The position numbers were made by a program, and so were the translations under genes. This document shows positions 15,001 to 27,864 of a stretch of DNA of 64,000 bases, one piece after another. Below the pieces are notes generated by a model. It ran no database searches and was not told the DNA's origin. It was given only the letters and a program-made list of their open reading frames with translations. The stretch comes from Eledone cirrhosa (taxonomy: Eukaryota), in contig OZ024748.1 of NCBI GenBank assembly GCA_964016885.1, forward strand, positions 32,240,001 through 32,304,000. The letters are read 5' to 3'. Each line of letters starts with the position of its first letter. Position 1 is the stretch's first letter.

Positions 15001-18000
15001 AGCTCCAATTCTAATTTTTAATTTCTGCCTGACCAACAATCGCTCTGTATAATCAGCTCCTGATTATTTACTAGAATTCTATAAGAATATAACATCAGTA
15101 ATCTCAGTAGACAGGACGTGTAGTTAGCCTTGATAAGCTTCAACAAAAGCGAAACAAGGCCCTTGTCGGCTTATCTCCCCTGTTTGCTGAGATTAAAGTA
15201 AGTGAATTCATCACTACTCTAAAACAATAGCATACGGTCTTCAAAATGTTTTTAAATAAGCATAAAGTGTATTGCAAAATACATTATACAGACATCCATA
15301 TTTATATTGCTATTTCATAGCTCAAATTCTAATTTGTAATTTCTGCCTGACCAACAATATTCTGTATAATCAGCTCCTGATTATTTACTAGAATTCTATA
15401 AGAATATAACATCAGTAATCTCAGTAGACAGGAGGGTTAGTTAGCCTTGATAAGCTTCAACAAAAGCGAAACAAGGCCCTTGTCGGCTTATCTCCCCTGT
15501 GTGCTGAGATTAAAGTAAGTGAATTTGTCACTACTCTAAAACTATAGCATACGGTCTTCAAAATGCTTTTAATTAAGCATAAAGTCTATTGCAAAATACA
15601 TTATATATACATCCATATATATATATGTTGCTATTTCAGAGCTCCAATTCTAATTTTTAATTTCTGCCTGACCAACAATCGCTCTGTATAATCAGCTCCT
15701 GATTATTTACTAGAATTCTATAAGAATATAACATCAGTAATCTCAGTAGACAGGACGTGTAGTTAGCCTTGATAAGCTTCAACAAAAGCGAAACAAGGCC
15801 CTTGTCGGTTTATCTCCCCTGTTTCATGAGATTAAAGTAATTGAATTTGTCACTACTCTAAAACAATAGCATACGGTCTTCAAAATGCTTTTAAATAAGC
15901 ATAAAGTGTATTGCAAAATACATTATATAGACATCCATATATATATTGCTATTTCATAGCTCCAATTCTAATTTTTAATTTCTGCCTGACCAACAATCGC
16001 TCTGTATAATCAGCTCCTGATTATTTACTAGAATTCTATAAGAATATAACATCAGTAATCTCAGTAGACAGGACGGGTAGTTAGCCTTGATAAGCTTCAA
16101 CGAAAGCGAAACAAGGCCCTTGTCGGCTTATCTCCCCTGTTTGCTGAGATTAAAGTAAGTGAATTTGTCACTACTCTAAAAGAATAGCATACGGTCTTCA
16201 AAATGCTTTTAATTAAGCATAAAGTGTATTGCAAAATACATTATATATACATCCATATATATATTGCTATTTCAGAGCTCCAATTCTAATTTTTAATTTC
16301 TGCCTGACCAACAATCGCTCTGTAAAATCAGCTCCTGATTATTTACTAGAATTCTATAAGAATATAACATCAGTAATCTCAGTAGACAGGAGGGTTAGTT
16401 AGCCTTGATAAGCTTCAACAAAAGCGAAACAAGGCCTTTGTCGGCTTATCTCCCCTGTTTGCTGAGATTAAAGTAAGTGAATTTGTCACTACTCTAAATC
16501 AATAGCATACGGTCTTCAAAATGCTTTTAATTAAGCATAAAGTGTATTGCAAAATACATTATATATACATCCATATATATATTGCTATTTCAGAGCTCCA
16601 ATTCTTATTTTTAATTTCTGCCTGACCAACAATCGCTCTGTATAATCAGCTCCTGATTATTTACTAGAATTCTATAAGAATATAACATCAGTAATCTCAG
16701 TAGACAGGAGGGGTAGTTAGCCTTGATAGGCTTCAACAAAAGCGAAACAAGGCCCTTGTCGGTTTTTCTCCCCTGTTTGATGAGATTTAATTAATTGAAT
16801 TTGTCACTACTCTAAAACAATAGCATACGGTCTTCAAAATGCTTTTAATTAAGCATAAAGTCTATTGCAAAATACATTATATATACATCCATATATATAT
16901 ATTGCTATTTCAGAGCTCCAATTCTAATTTTTAATTTCTGCCTGACCAACAATCGCTCTGTATAATCAGCTCCTGATTATTTACTAGAATTCTATAAGAA
17001 TATAACATCAGTAATCTCAGTAGACAGGACGGGTAGTTAGCCTTGATAAGCTTCAACGAAAGCGAAACAAGGCCCTTGTCGGCTTATCTCCCCTGTTTGC
17101 TGAGATTAAAGTAAGTGAATTTGTCACTACTCTAAAAGAATAGCATACGGTCTTCAAAATGCTTTTAATTAAGCATAAAGTGTATTGCAAAATACATTAT
17201 ATATACATCCATATATATATTGCTATTTCAGAGCTCCAATTCTAATTTTTAATTTCTGCCTGACCAACAATCGCTCTGTAAAATCAGCTCCTGATTATTT
17301 ACTAGAATTCTATAAGAATATAACATCAGTAATCTCAGTAGACAGGGGGGTTAGTTAGCCTTGATAAGCTTCAACAAAAGCGAAACAAGGTCCTTGTCGG
17401 CTTATCTCCCCTGTTTGCTGAGATTAAAGTAAGTGAATTTGTCACTACTCTAAAACAATAGCATACGGTCTTCAAAATGCTTTTAATTAAGCATAAAGTG
17501 TATTGCAAAATACATTATATATACATCCATATATATATTGCTATTTCAGAGCTCCAATTCTTATTTTTAATTTCTGCCTGACCAACAATCGCTCTGTATA
17601 ATCAGCTCCTGATTATTTACTAGAATTCTATAAGAATATAACATCAGTAATCTCAGTAGACAGGAGGGTTAGTTAGCCTTGATAAGCTTCAACAAAAGCG
17701 AAACAAGGCCCTTGTCGGCTTATCTCCCCTGTGTGCTGAGATTAAAGTAAGTGAATTTGTCACTACTCTAAAACTATAGCATACGGTCTTCAAAATGCTT
17801 TTAATTAAGCATAAAGTCTATTGCAAAATACATTATATATACATCCATATATATATATGTTGCTATTTCAGAGCTCCAATTCTAATTTTTAATTTCTGCC
17901 TGACCAAAAATCGCTCTGTATAATCAGCTCCTGATTATTTACTAGAATTCTATAAGAATATAACATCAGTAATCTCAGTAGACAGGACGTGTAGTTAGCC

Positions 18001-21000
18001 TTGATAAGCTTCAACAAAAGCGAAACAAGGCCCTTGTCGGTTTATCTCCCCTGTTTCATGAGATTAAAGTAATTGAATTTGTCACTACTCTAAAACAATA
18101 GCATACGGTCTTCAAAATGCTTTTAAATAAGCATAAAGTGTATTGCAAAATACATTATATAGACATCCATATATATATTGCTATTTCATAGCTCCAATTC
18201 TAATTTTTAATTTCTGCCTGACCAACAATCGCTCTGTATAATCAGCTCCTGATTATTTACTAGAATTCTATAAGAATATAACATCAGTAATCTCAGTAGA
18301 CAGGACGGGTAGTTAGCCTTGATAAGCTTCAACGAAAGCGAAACAAGGCCCTTGTCGGCTTATCTCCCCTGTTTGCTGAGATTAAAGTAAGTGAATTTGT
18401 CACTACTCTAAAACTATAGCATACGGTCTTCAAAATGCTTTTAATTAAGCACAAAGTGTATTGCAAAATACATTATATATACATCCATATATATATATTG
18501 CTATTTCAGAGCTCCAATTCTAATTTTTAATTTCTGCCTGACCAACAATCGCTCTGTATAATCAGCTCCTGATTATTTACTAGAATTCTATAAGAATATA
18601 ACATCAGTAATCTCAGTAGACAGGAGGGTTAGTTAGCCTTGATAAGCTTCAACAAAAGCGAAACAAGGCCCTTGTCGGCTTATCTCCCCTGTTTGCTGAG
18701 ATTAAAGTAAGTGAATTTGTCACTACTCTAAAACAATAGCATACGGTCTTCAAAATGCTTTTAATTAAGCATAAAGTCTATTGCAAAATACATTATATCT
18801 ACATCTATATATATATTGCTATTTCAGAGCTCCAATTCTAATTTTTAATTTCTGCCTGACCAACAATCGCTCTGTATAATCAGCTCCTGATTATTTACTA
18901 GAATTCTATAAGAATATAACATCAGTAATCTCAGTAGACAGGAGGGTTAGTTAGCCTTGATAAGCTTCAACAAAAGCGAAACAAGGCCCTTGTCGGCTTA
19001 TCTCCCCTGTTTGCTGAGATTAAAGTAAGTGAATTTGTCACTACTCTAAAACAATAGCATACGGTCTTCAAAATGCTTTTAATTAATCATAAAGTGTATT
19101 GCAAAATACATTATATATACATCCATATATATATTGCTATTTCAGAGCTCCAATACTAATTTTTAATTTCTGCCTGACCAACAATCGCTCTGTATAATCA
19201 GCTCCTGATTATTTACTAGAATTCTATAAGAATATAACATCAGTAATCTCAGTAGACAGGAGGGTTAGTTAGCCTTGATAAGCTTCAACAAAAGCGAAAC
19301 AAGGCCCTTGTCGGCTTATCTCCCCTGTTTGCTGAGATTAAAGTAAGTGAATTTGTCACTACTCTAAAACAATAGCATACGGTCTTCAAAATGCTTTTTA
19401 TTAAGCATAAAGTCTATTGCAAAATACATTATATATACATCCATATTTATATTGCTATTTCAGAGCTCCAATTCTAATTTTTAATTTCTGCCTGACCAAC
19501 AATCGCTCTGTATAATCAGCTCCTGATTATTTACTAGAATTCTATAAGAATATAACATCAGTAATCTCAGTAGACAGGAGGGGTAGTTAGCCTTGATAGG
19601 CTTCAACAAAAGCGAAACAAGGCCCTTGTCGGTTTTTCTCCCCTGTTTGATGAGATTTAATTAATTGAATTTGTCACTACTCTAAAACAATAGCATACGG
19701 TCTTCAAAATGCTTTTAATTAAGCATAAAGTCTATTGCAAAATACATTATATATACATCCATATATATATATTGCTATTTCAGAGCTCCAATTCTAATTT
19801 TTAATTTCTGCCTGACCAACAATCGCTCTGTATAATCAGCTCCTGATTATTTACTAGAATTCTATAAGAATATAACATCAGTAATCTCAGTAGACAGGAC
19901 GGGTAGTTAGCCTTGATAAGCTTCAACGAAAGCGAAACAAGGCCCTTGTCGGCTTATCTCCCCTGTTTGCTGAGATTAAAGTAAGTGAATTTGTCACTAC
20001 TCTAAAAGAATAGCATACGGTCTTCAAAATGCTTTTAATTAAGCATAAAGTGTATTGCAAAATACATTATATATACATCCATATATATATTGCTATTTCA
20101 GAGCTCCAATTCTAATTTTTAATTTCTGCCTGACCAACAATCGCTCTGTAAAATCAGCTCCTGATTATTTACTAGAATTCTATAAGAATATAACATCAGT
20201 AATCTCAGTAGACAGGGGGGTTAGTTAGCCTTGATAAGCTTCAACAAAAGCGAAACAAGGTCCTTGTCGGCTTATCTCCCCTGTTTGCTGAGATTAAAGT
20301 AAGTGAATTTGTCACTACTCTAAAACAATAGCATACGGTCTTCAAAATGCTTTTAATTAAGCATAAAGTGTATTGCAAAATACATTATATATACATCCAT
20401 ATATATATTGCTATTTCAGAGCTCCAATTCTTATTTTTAATTTGTGCCTGACCAACAATCGCTCTGTATAATCAGCTCCTGATTATTTACTAGAATTCTA
20501 TAAGAATATAACATCAGTAATCTCAGTAGACAGGAGGGTTAGTTAGCCTTGATAAGCTTCAACAAAAGCGAAACAAGGCCCTTGTCGGCTTATCTCCCCT
20601 GTGTGCTGAGATTAAAGTAAGTGAATTTGTCACTACTCTAAAACTATAGCATACGGTCTTCAAAATGCTTTTAATTAAGCATAAAGTCTATTGCAAAATA
20701 CATTATATATACATCCATATATATATATGTTGCTATTTCAGAGCTCCAATTCTAATTTTTAATTTCTGCCTGACCAACAATCGCTCTGTATAATCAGCTC
20801 CTGATTATTTACTAGAATTCTATAAGAATATAACATCAGTAATCTCAGTAGACAGGACGTGTAGTTAGCCTTGATAAGCTTCAACAAAAGCGAAACAAGG
20901 CCCTTGTCGGTTTATCTCCCCTGTTTCATGAGATTAAAGTAATTGAATTTGTCACTACTCTAAAACAATAGCATACGGTCTTCAAAATGCTTTTAAATAA

Positions 21001-24000
21001 GCATAAAGTGTATTGCAAAATACATTATATAGACATCCATATATATATTGCTATTTCATAGCTCCAATTCTAATTTTTAATTTCTGCCTGACCAACAATC
21101 GCTCTGTATAATCAGCTCCTGATTATTTACTAGAATTCTATAAGAATATAACATCAGTAATCTCAGTAGACAGGACGGGTAGTTAGCCTTGATAAGCTTC
21201 AACAAAAGCGAAACAAGGTCCTTGTCGGCTTATCTCCCCTGTTTGCTGAGATTAAAGTAAGTGAATTTGTCACTACTCTAAAACAATAGCATACGGTCTT
21301 CAAAATGCTTTTAATTAAGCATAAAGTGTATTGCAAAATACATTATATATACATCCATATATATATTGCTATTTCAGAGCTCCAATTCTTATTTTTAATT
21401 TCTGCCTGACCAACAATCGCTCTGTATAATCAGCTCCTGATTATTTACTAGAATTCTATAAGAATATAACATCAGTAATCTCAGTAGACAGGAGGGTTAG
21501 TTAGCCTTGATAAGCTTCAACAAAAGCGAAACAAGGCCCTTGTCGGCTTATCTCCCCTGTGTGCTGAGATTAAAGTAAGTGAATTTGTCACTACTCTAAA
21601 ACTATAGCATACGGTCTTCAAAATGCTTTTAATTAAGCATAAAGTCTATTGCAAAATACATTATATATACATCCATATATATATATGTTGCTATTTCAGA
21701 GCTCCAATTCTAATTTTTAATTTCTGCCTGACCAAAAATCGCTCTGTATAATCAGCTCCTGATTATTTACTAGAATTCTATAAGAATATAACATCAGTAA
21801 TCTCAGTAGACAGGACGTGTAGTTAGCCTTGATAAGCTTCAACAAAAGCGAAACAAGGCCCTTGTCGGTTTATCTCCCCTGTTTCATGAGATTAAAGTAA
21901 TTGAATTTGTCACTACTCTAAAACAATAGCATACGGTCTTCAAAATGCTTTTAAATAAGCATAAAGTGTATTGCAAAATACATTATATAGACATCCATAT
22001 ATATATTGCTATTTCATAGCTCCAATTCTAATTTTTAATTTCTGCCTGACCAACAATCGCTCTGTATAATCAGCTCCTGATTATTTACTAGAATTCTATA
22101 AGAATATAACATCAGTAATCTCAGTAGACAGGACGGGTAGTTAGCCTTGATAAGCTTCAACGAAAGCGAAACAAGGCCCTTGTCGGCTTATCTCCCCTGT
22201 TTGCTGAGATTAAAGTAAGTGAATTTGTCACTACTCTAAAACTATAGCATACGGTCTTCAAAATGCTTTTAATTAAGCACAAAGTGTATTGCAAAATACA
22301 TTATATATACATCCATATATATATATTGCTATTTCAGAGCTCCAATTCTAATTTTTAATTTCTGCCTGACCAACAATCGCTCTGTATAATCAGCTCCTGA
22401 TTATTTACTAGAATTCTATAAGAATATAACATCAGTAATCTCAGTAGACAGGAGGGTTAGTTAGCCTTGATAAGCTTCAACAAAAGCGAAACAAGGCCCT
22501 TGTCGGCTTATCTCCCCTGTTTGCTGAGATTAAAGTAAGTGAATTTGTCACTACTCTAAAACAATAGCATACGGTCTTCAAAATGCTTTTAATTAAGCAT
22601 AAAGTCTATTGCAAAATACATTATATCTACATCTATATATATATTGCTATTTCAGAGCTCCAATTCTAATTTTTAATTTCTGCCTGACCAACAATCGCTC
22701 TGTATAATCAGCTCCTGATTATTTACTAGAATTCTATAAGAATATAACATCAGTAATCTCAGTAGACAGGAGGGTTAGTTAGCCTTGATAAGCTTCAACA
22801 AAAGCGAAACAAGGCCCTTGTCGGCTTATCTCCCCTGTTTGCTGAGATTAAAGTAAGTGAATTTGTCACTACTCTAAAACAATAGCATACGGTCTTCAAA
22901 ATGCTTTTAATTAATCATAAAGTGTATTGCAAAATACATTATATATACATCCATATATATATTGCTATTTCAGAGCTCCAATACTAATTTTTAATTTCTG
23001 CCTGACCAACAATCGCTCTGTATAATCAGCTCCTGATTATTTACTAGAATTCTATAAGAATATAACATCAGTAATCTCAGTAGACAGGAGGGTTAGTTAG
23101 CCTTGATAAGCTTCAACAAAAGCGAAACAAGGCCCTTGTCGGCTTATCTCCCCTGTTTGCTGAGATTAAAGTAAGTGAATTTGTCACTACTCTAAAACAA
23201 TAGCATACGGTCTTCAAAATGCTTTTTATTAAGCATAAAGTCTATTGCAAAATACATTATATATACATCCATATTTATATTGCTATTTCAGAGCTCCAAT
23301 TCTAATTTTTAATTTCTGCCTGACCAACAATCGCTCTGTATAATCAGCTCCTGATTATTTACTAGAATTCTATAAGAATATAACATCAGTAATCTCAGTA
23401 GACAGGAGGGGTAGTTAGCCTTGATAGGCTTCAACAAAAGCGAAACAAGGCCCTTGTCGGTTTTTCTCCCCTGTTTGATGAGATTTAATTAATTGAATTT
23501 GTCACTACTCTAAAACAATAGCATACGGTCTTCAAAATGCTTTTAATTAAGCATAAAGTCTATTGCAAAATACATTATATATACATCCATATATATATAT
23601 TGCTATTTCAGAGCTCCAATTCTAATTTTTAATTTCTGCCTGACCAACAATCGCTCTGTATAATCAGCTCCTGATTATTTACTAGAATTCTATAAGAATA
23701 TAACATCAGTAATCTCAGTAGACAGGACGGGTAGTTAGCCTTGATAAGCTTCAACGAAAGCGAAACAAGGCCCTTGTCGGCTTATCTCCCCTGTTTGCTG
23801 AGATTAAAGTAAGTGAATTTGTCACTACTCTAAAAGAATAGCATACGGTCTTCAAAATGCTTTTAATTAAGCATAAAGTGTATTGCAAAATACATTATAT
23901 ATACATCCATATATATATTGCTATTTCAGAGCTCCAATTCTAATTTTTAATTTCTGCCTGACCAACAATCGCTCTGTAAAATCAGCTCCTGATTATTTAC

Positions 24001-27000
24001 TAGAATTCTATAAGAATATAACATCAGTAATCTCAGTAGACAGGGGGGTTAGTTAGCCTTGATAAGCTTCAACAAAAGCGAAACAAGGTCCTTGTCGGCT
24101 TATCTCCCCTGTTTGCTGAGATTAAAGTAAGTGAATTTGTCACTACTCTAAAACAATAGCATACGGTCTTCAAAATGCTTTTAATTAAGCATAAAGTGTA
24201 TTGCAAAATACATTATATATACATCCATATATATATTGCTATTTCAGAGCTCCAATTCTTATTTTTAATTTGTGCCTGACCAACAATCGCTCTGTATAAT
24301 CAGCTCCTGATTATTTACTAGAATTCTATAAGAATATAACATCAGTAATCTCAGTAGACAGGAGGGTTAGTTAGCCTTGATAAGCTTCAACAAAAGCGAA
24401 ACAAGGCCCTTGTCGGCTTATCTCCCCTGTGTGCTGAGATTAAAGTAAGTGAATTTGTCACTACTCTAAAACTATAGCATACGGTCTTCAAAATGCTTTT
24501 AATTAAGCATAAAGTCTATTGCAAAATACATTATATATACATCCATATATATATATGTTGCTATTTCAGAGCTCCAATTCTAATTTTTAATTTCTGCCTG
24601 ACCAACAATCGCTCTGTATAATCAGCTCCTGATTATTTACTAGAATTCTATAAGAATATAACATCAGTAATCTCAGTAGACAGGACGTGTAGTTAGCCTT
24701 GATAAGCTTCAACAAAAGCGAAACAAGGCCCTTGTCGGTTTATCTCCCCTGTTTCATGAGATTAAAGTAATTGAATTTGTCACTACTCTAAAACAATAGC
24801 ATACGGTCTTCAAAATGCTTTTAAATAAGCATAAAGTGTATTGCAAAATACATTATATAGACATCCATATATATATTGCTATTTCATAGCTCCAATTCTA
24901 ATTTTTAATTTCTGCCTGACCAACAATCGCTCTGTATAATCAGCTCCTGATTATTTACTAGAATTCTATAAGAATATAACATCAGTAATCTCAGTAGACA
25001 GGACGGGTAGTTAGCCTTGATAAGCTTCAACGAAAGCGAAACAAGGCCCTTGTCGGCTTATCTCCCCTGTTTGCTGAGATTAAAGTAAGTGAATTTGTCA
25101 CTACTCTAAAACTATAGCATACGGTCTTCAAAATGCTTTTAATTAAGCACAAAGTGTATTGCAAAATACATTATATATACATCCATATATATATATTGCT
25201 ATTTCAGAGCTCCAATTCTAATTTTTAATTTCTGCCTGACCAACAATCGCTCTGTATAATCAGCTCCTGATTATTTACTAGAATTCTATAAGAATATAAC
25301 ATCAGTAATCTCAGTAGACAGGAGGGTTAGTTAGCCTTGATAAGCTTCAACAAAAGCGAAACAAGGCCCTTGTCGGCTTATCTCCCCTGTTTGCTGAGAT
25401 TAAAGTAAGTGAATTTGTCACTACTCTAAAACAATAGCATACGGTCTTCAAAATGCTTTTAATTAAGCATAAAGTCTATTGCAAAATACATTATATCTAC
25501 ATCTATATATATATTGCTATTTCAGAGCTCCAATTCTAATTTTTAATTTCTGCCTGACCAACAATCGCTCTGTATAATCAGCTCCTGATTATTTACTAGA
25601 ATTCTATAAGAATATAACATCAGTAATCTCAGTAGACAGGAGGGTTAGTTAGCCTTGATAAGCTTCAACAAAAGCGAAACAAGGCCCTTGTCGGCTTATC
25701 TCCCCTGTTTGCTGAGATTAAAGTAAGTGAATTTGTCACTACTCTAAAACAATAGCATACGGTCTTCAAAATGCTTTTAATTAATCATAAAGTGTATTGC
25801 AAAATACATTATATATACATCCATATATATATTGCTATTTCAGAGCTCCAATACTAATTTTTAATTTCTGCCTGACCAACAATCGCTCTGTATAATCAGC
25901 TCCTGATTATTTACTAGAATTCTATAAGAATATAACATCAGTAATCTCAGTAGACAGGAGGGTTAGTTAGCCTTGATAAGCTTCAACAAAAGCGAAACAA
26001 GGCCCTTGTCGGCTTATCTCCCCTGTTTGCTGAGATTAAAGTAAGTGAATTTGTCACTACTCTAAAACAATAGCATACGGTCTTCAAAATGCTTTTTATT
26101 AAGCATAAAGTCTATTGCAAAATACATTATATATACATCCATATTTATATTGCTATTTCAGAGCTCCAATTCTAATTTTTAATTTCTGCCTGACCAACAA
26201 TCGCTCTGTATAATCAGCTCCTGATTATTTACTAGAATTCTATAAGAATATAACATAAGTAATCTCAGTAGACAGGAGGGTTAGTTAGCCTTGATAAGCT
26301 TCAACAAAAGCGAAACAAGGCCCTTGTCGGCTTATCTGCTCTGTTTGCTGAGATTAAAGTAAGTGAATTTGTAACTACTCTAAAACAATAGCATACGGTC
26401 TACAAAATGCTTTTAATTAAGCACAAAGTGTATTGCAAAATACATTATATATACATCCATATATATATATTGCTATTTCAGAGCTCCAATTCTAATTTTT
26501 AATTTCTGCCTGACCAACAATCGCTCTGTATAATCAGCTCCTGATTATTTACTAGAATTCTATAAGAATATAACATCAGTAATCTCAGTAGACAGGAAGG
26601 GTAGTTAGCCTTGATATGCTTCAACAAAAGCGAAACAAGGCCCTTGTCGGCTTATCTCCCCTGTTTGCTGAGATTAAAGTAAGTGAACTTGTCACTACTC
26701 TAAAACAATAGCATACGGTCTTCAAAATGCTTTTAATTAAGCACAAAGTGTATTGCAAAATACATTATATATACATCCATATATATATTGCTATTTCAGA
26801 GCTCCAATTCTAATTTTTAATTTCTGCCTGACCAACAATCGCTCTGTATAATCAGCTCCTGCTTATTTACTAGAATTCTATAAGAATATAACATCAGTAA
26901 TGTTAGTAGACAGGAGGGGTAGTTAGCCTTGATAAGCTTCAACAAAAGCGAAACAAGGCCCTTGTCGGCTTATCTCCCCTGTTTGCTGAGATTAAAGTAA

Positions 27001-27134
27001 GTGAATTTGTCACTACTCTAAAACAATAGCATACGGTCTTCAAAATGCTTTTAATTAAGCATAAAGTGTATTGCAAAATACATTATATATACATCCATAT
27101 ATATATATTGCTATTTCAGAGCTCCAATTCTAAT
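1..27134 (+). repeat. Tandem array of ~318-bp units (about 85 copies), each containing a hammerhead ribozyme; non-LTR retrozyme-like satellite
   Basis: The motif ttgcaaaatacatt recurs at 1, 318, ..., 3181, 4771 (period 318, with small indels in the (AT)n tract). Units are near-identical. The array runs off the left edge and ends at ...gctccaattctaat (27134) against a (TA)n tract. Confidence 0.97.
1735..1831 (+). ncRNA. Type I hammerhead ribozyme (representative copy; one per 318-bp unit)
   Basis: Stem I: taatctcagtagacagg..agcc pairs with ggct..cctgtttgctgagatta (two G-U pairs, one internal loop). Core U3UGAUA8A at 1766-1772. Stem II: gctt-caacaa-aagc. GAAA at 1787-1790. Stem III: acaag-gcc-cttgt. 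The GUC triplet predicts cleavage after C1803. Confidence 0.88.
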
Positions 27135-27192
27135 ATAAATATATATATATATATATAAATATATATATATAAATATAAATATATATATATAT
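27135..27192. repeat. (TA)n microsatellite at the array boundary
   Basis: Directly visible AT dinucleotide run. Confidence 0.9.
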
Positions 27193-27369
27193 GGTACGGT
27201 CTGTCTATTTCAGAGAGATGAAATAGTTATTGGTACGGTCTGTATAAAAAAATGTTATATCTTACGTATGATTCAGGTTAAATAGAAAAAACAAATGTGG
27301 TATTCCTACCCTCGTAATTTTAGACACACTGTGTTTATTTCTACATATATTAGTATATATATATACAAT

Positions 27370-27676
27370 GATATTAAATAAATGGAAACTATATTTATAA
27401 AACCATATTTATTCTATTATATATATTTCAAGGGTACCAAAAATTTTGGTAAGCTATCATCAGATAAAATACAAAATGTTTTATAAATATTTGACATGAC
27501 CAAGGATCCCTGGAAAGTGATAACTTGACTTTCCAGGGATCCTTGGTCATGTCAAATATTTATAAAACATTTTGTATTTTATCTGATGATAGCGTACCAA
27601 AATTGTTGGTACCCTTGAAATATATATAATAGAATGAATATGGTTTTATAAATATAGTTTCCATTTATTTAATATC
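27370..27676. mobile_element. Inverted-repeat PLE terminal fragment (about 149-bp arms, 9-nt spacer) with a hammerhead motif in each arm
   Basis: 27370-27518 is the near-perfect reverse complement of 27528-27676. CTGATGA(27583)...gtaccaa/ttggtac...GAAA tatata TA is flanked by attttat/atagaat. A related single arm lies at about 47745-47880. Confidence 0.75.
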
Positions 27677-27769
27677 TTGAATACTTACTCCAGAAATCTG
27701 TCAAGTGCTGTGAATCAGTTATAAACATCTATATTTTTGAATTTCCAACAAATTAAATATCTCTTCTAC

Positions 27770-27833
27770 ATTATATATATATATATATATATAAATATAT
27801 ATAAATATATATATATAAATATATATATATATA

Positions 27834-27862
<29 letters not shown>
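27770..27862. repeat. (TA)n/(TATAAA)n microsatellite
   Basis: Directly visible; flanks the PLE 3' end. Confidence 0.9.

Positions 27863-27864
<2 letters not shown>

Noticed and set aside
1-27134. CRISPR array or tandem protein-coding repeat
   Set aside because: There are no unique spacers, no cas genes, the context is eukaryotic, and the track lists no ORF in this region.
1-27134. Tandem 5S rRNA, tRNA or spliceosomal snRNA cluster
   Set aside because: No recognisable 5S, tRNA cloverleaf or U-snRNA sequence. The hammerhead fold explains the structured part better.
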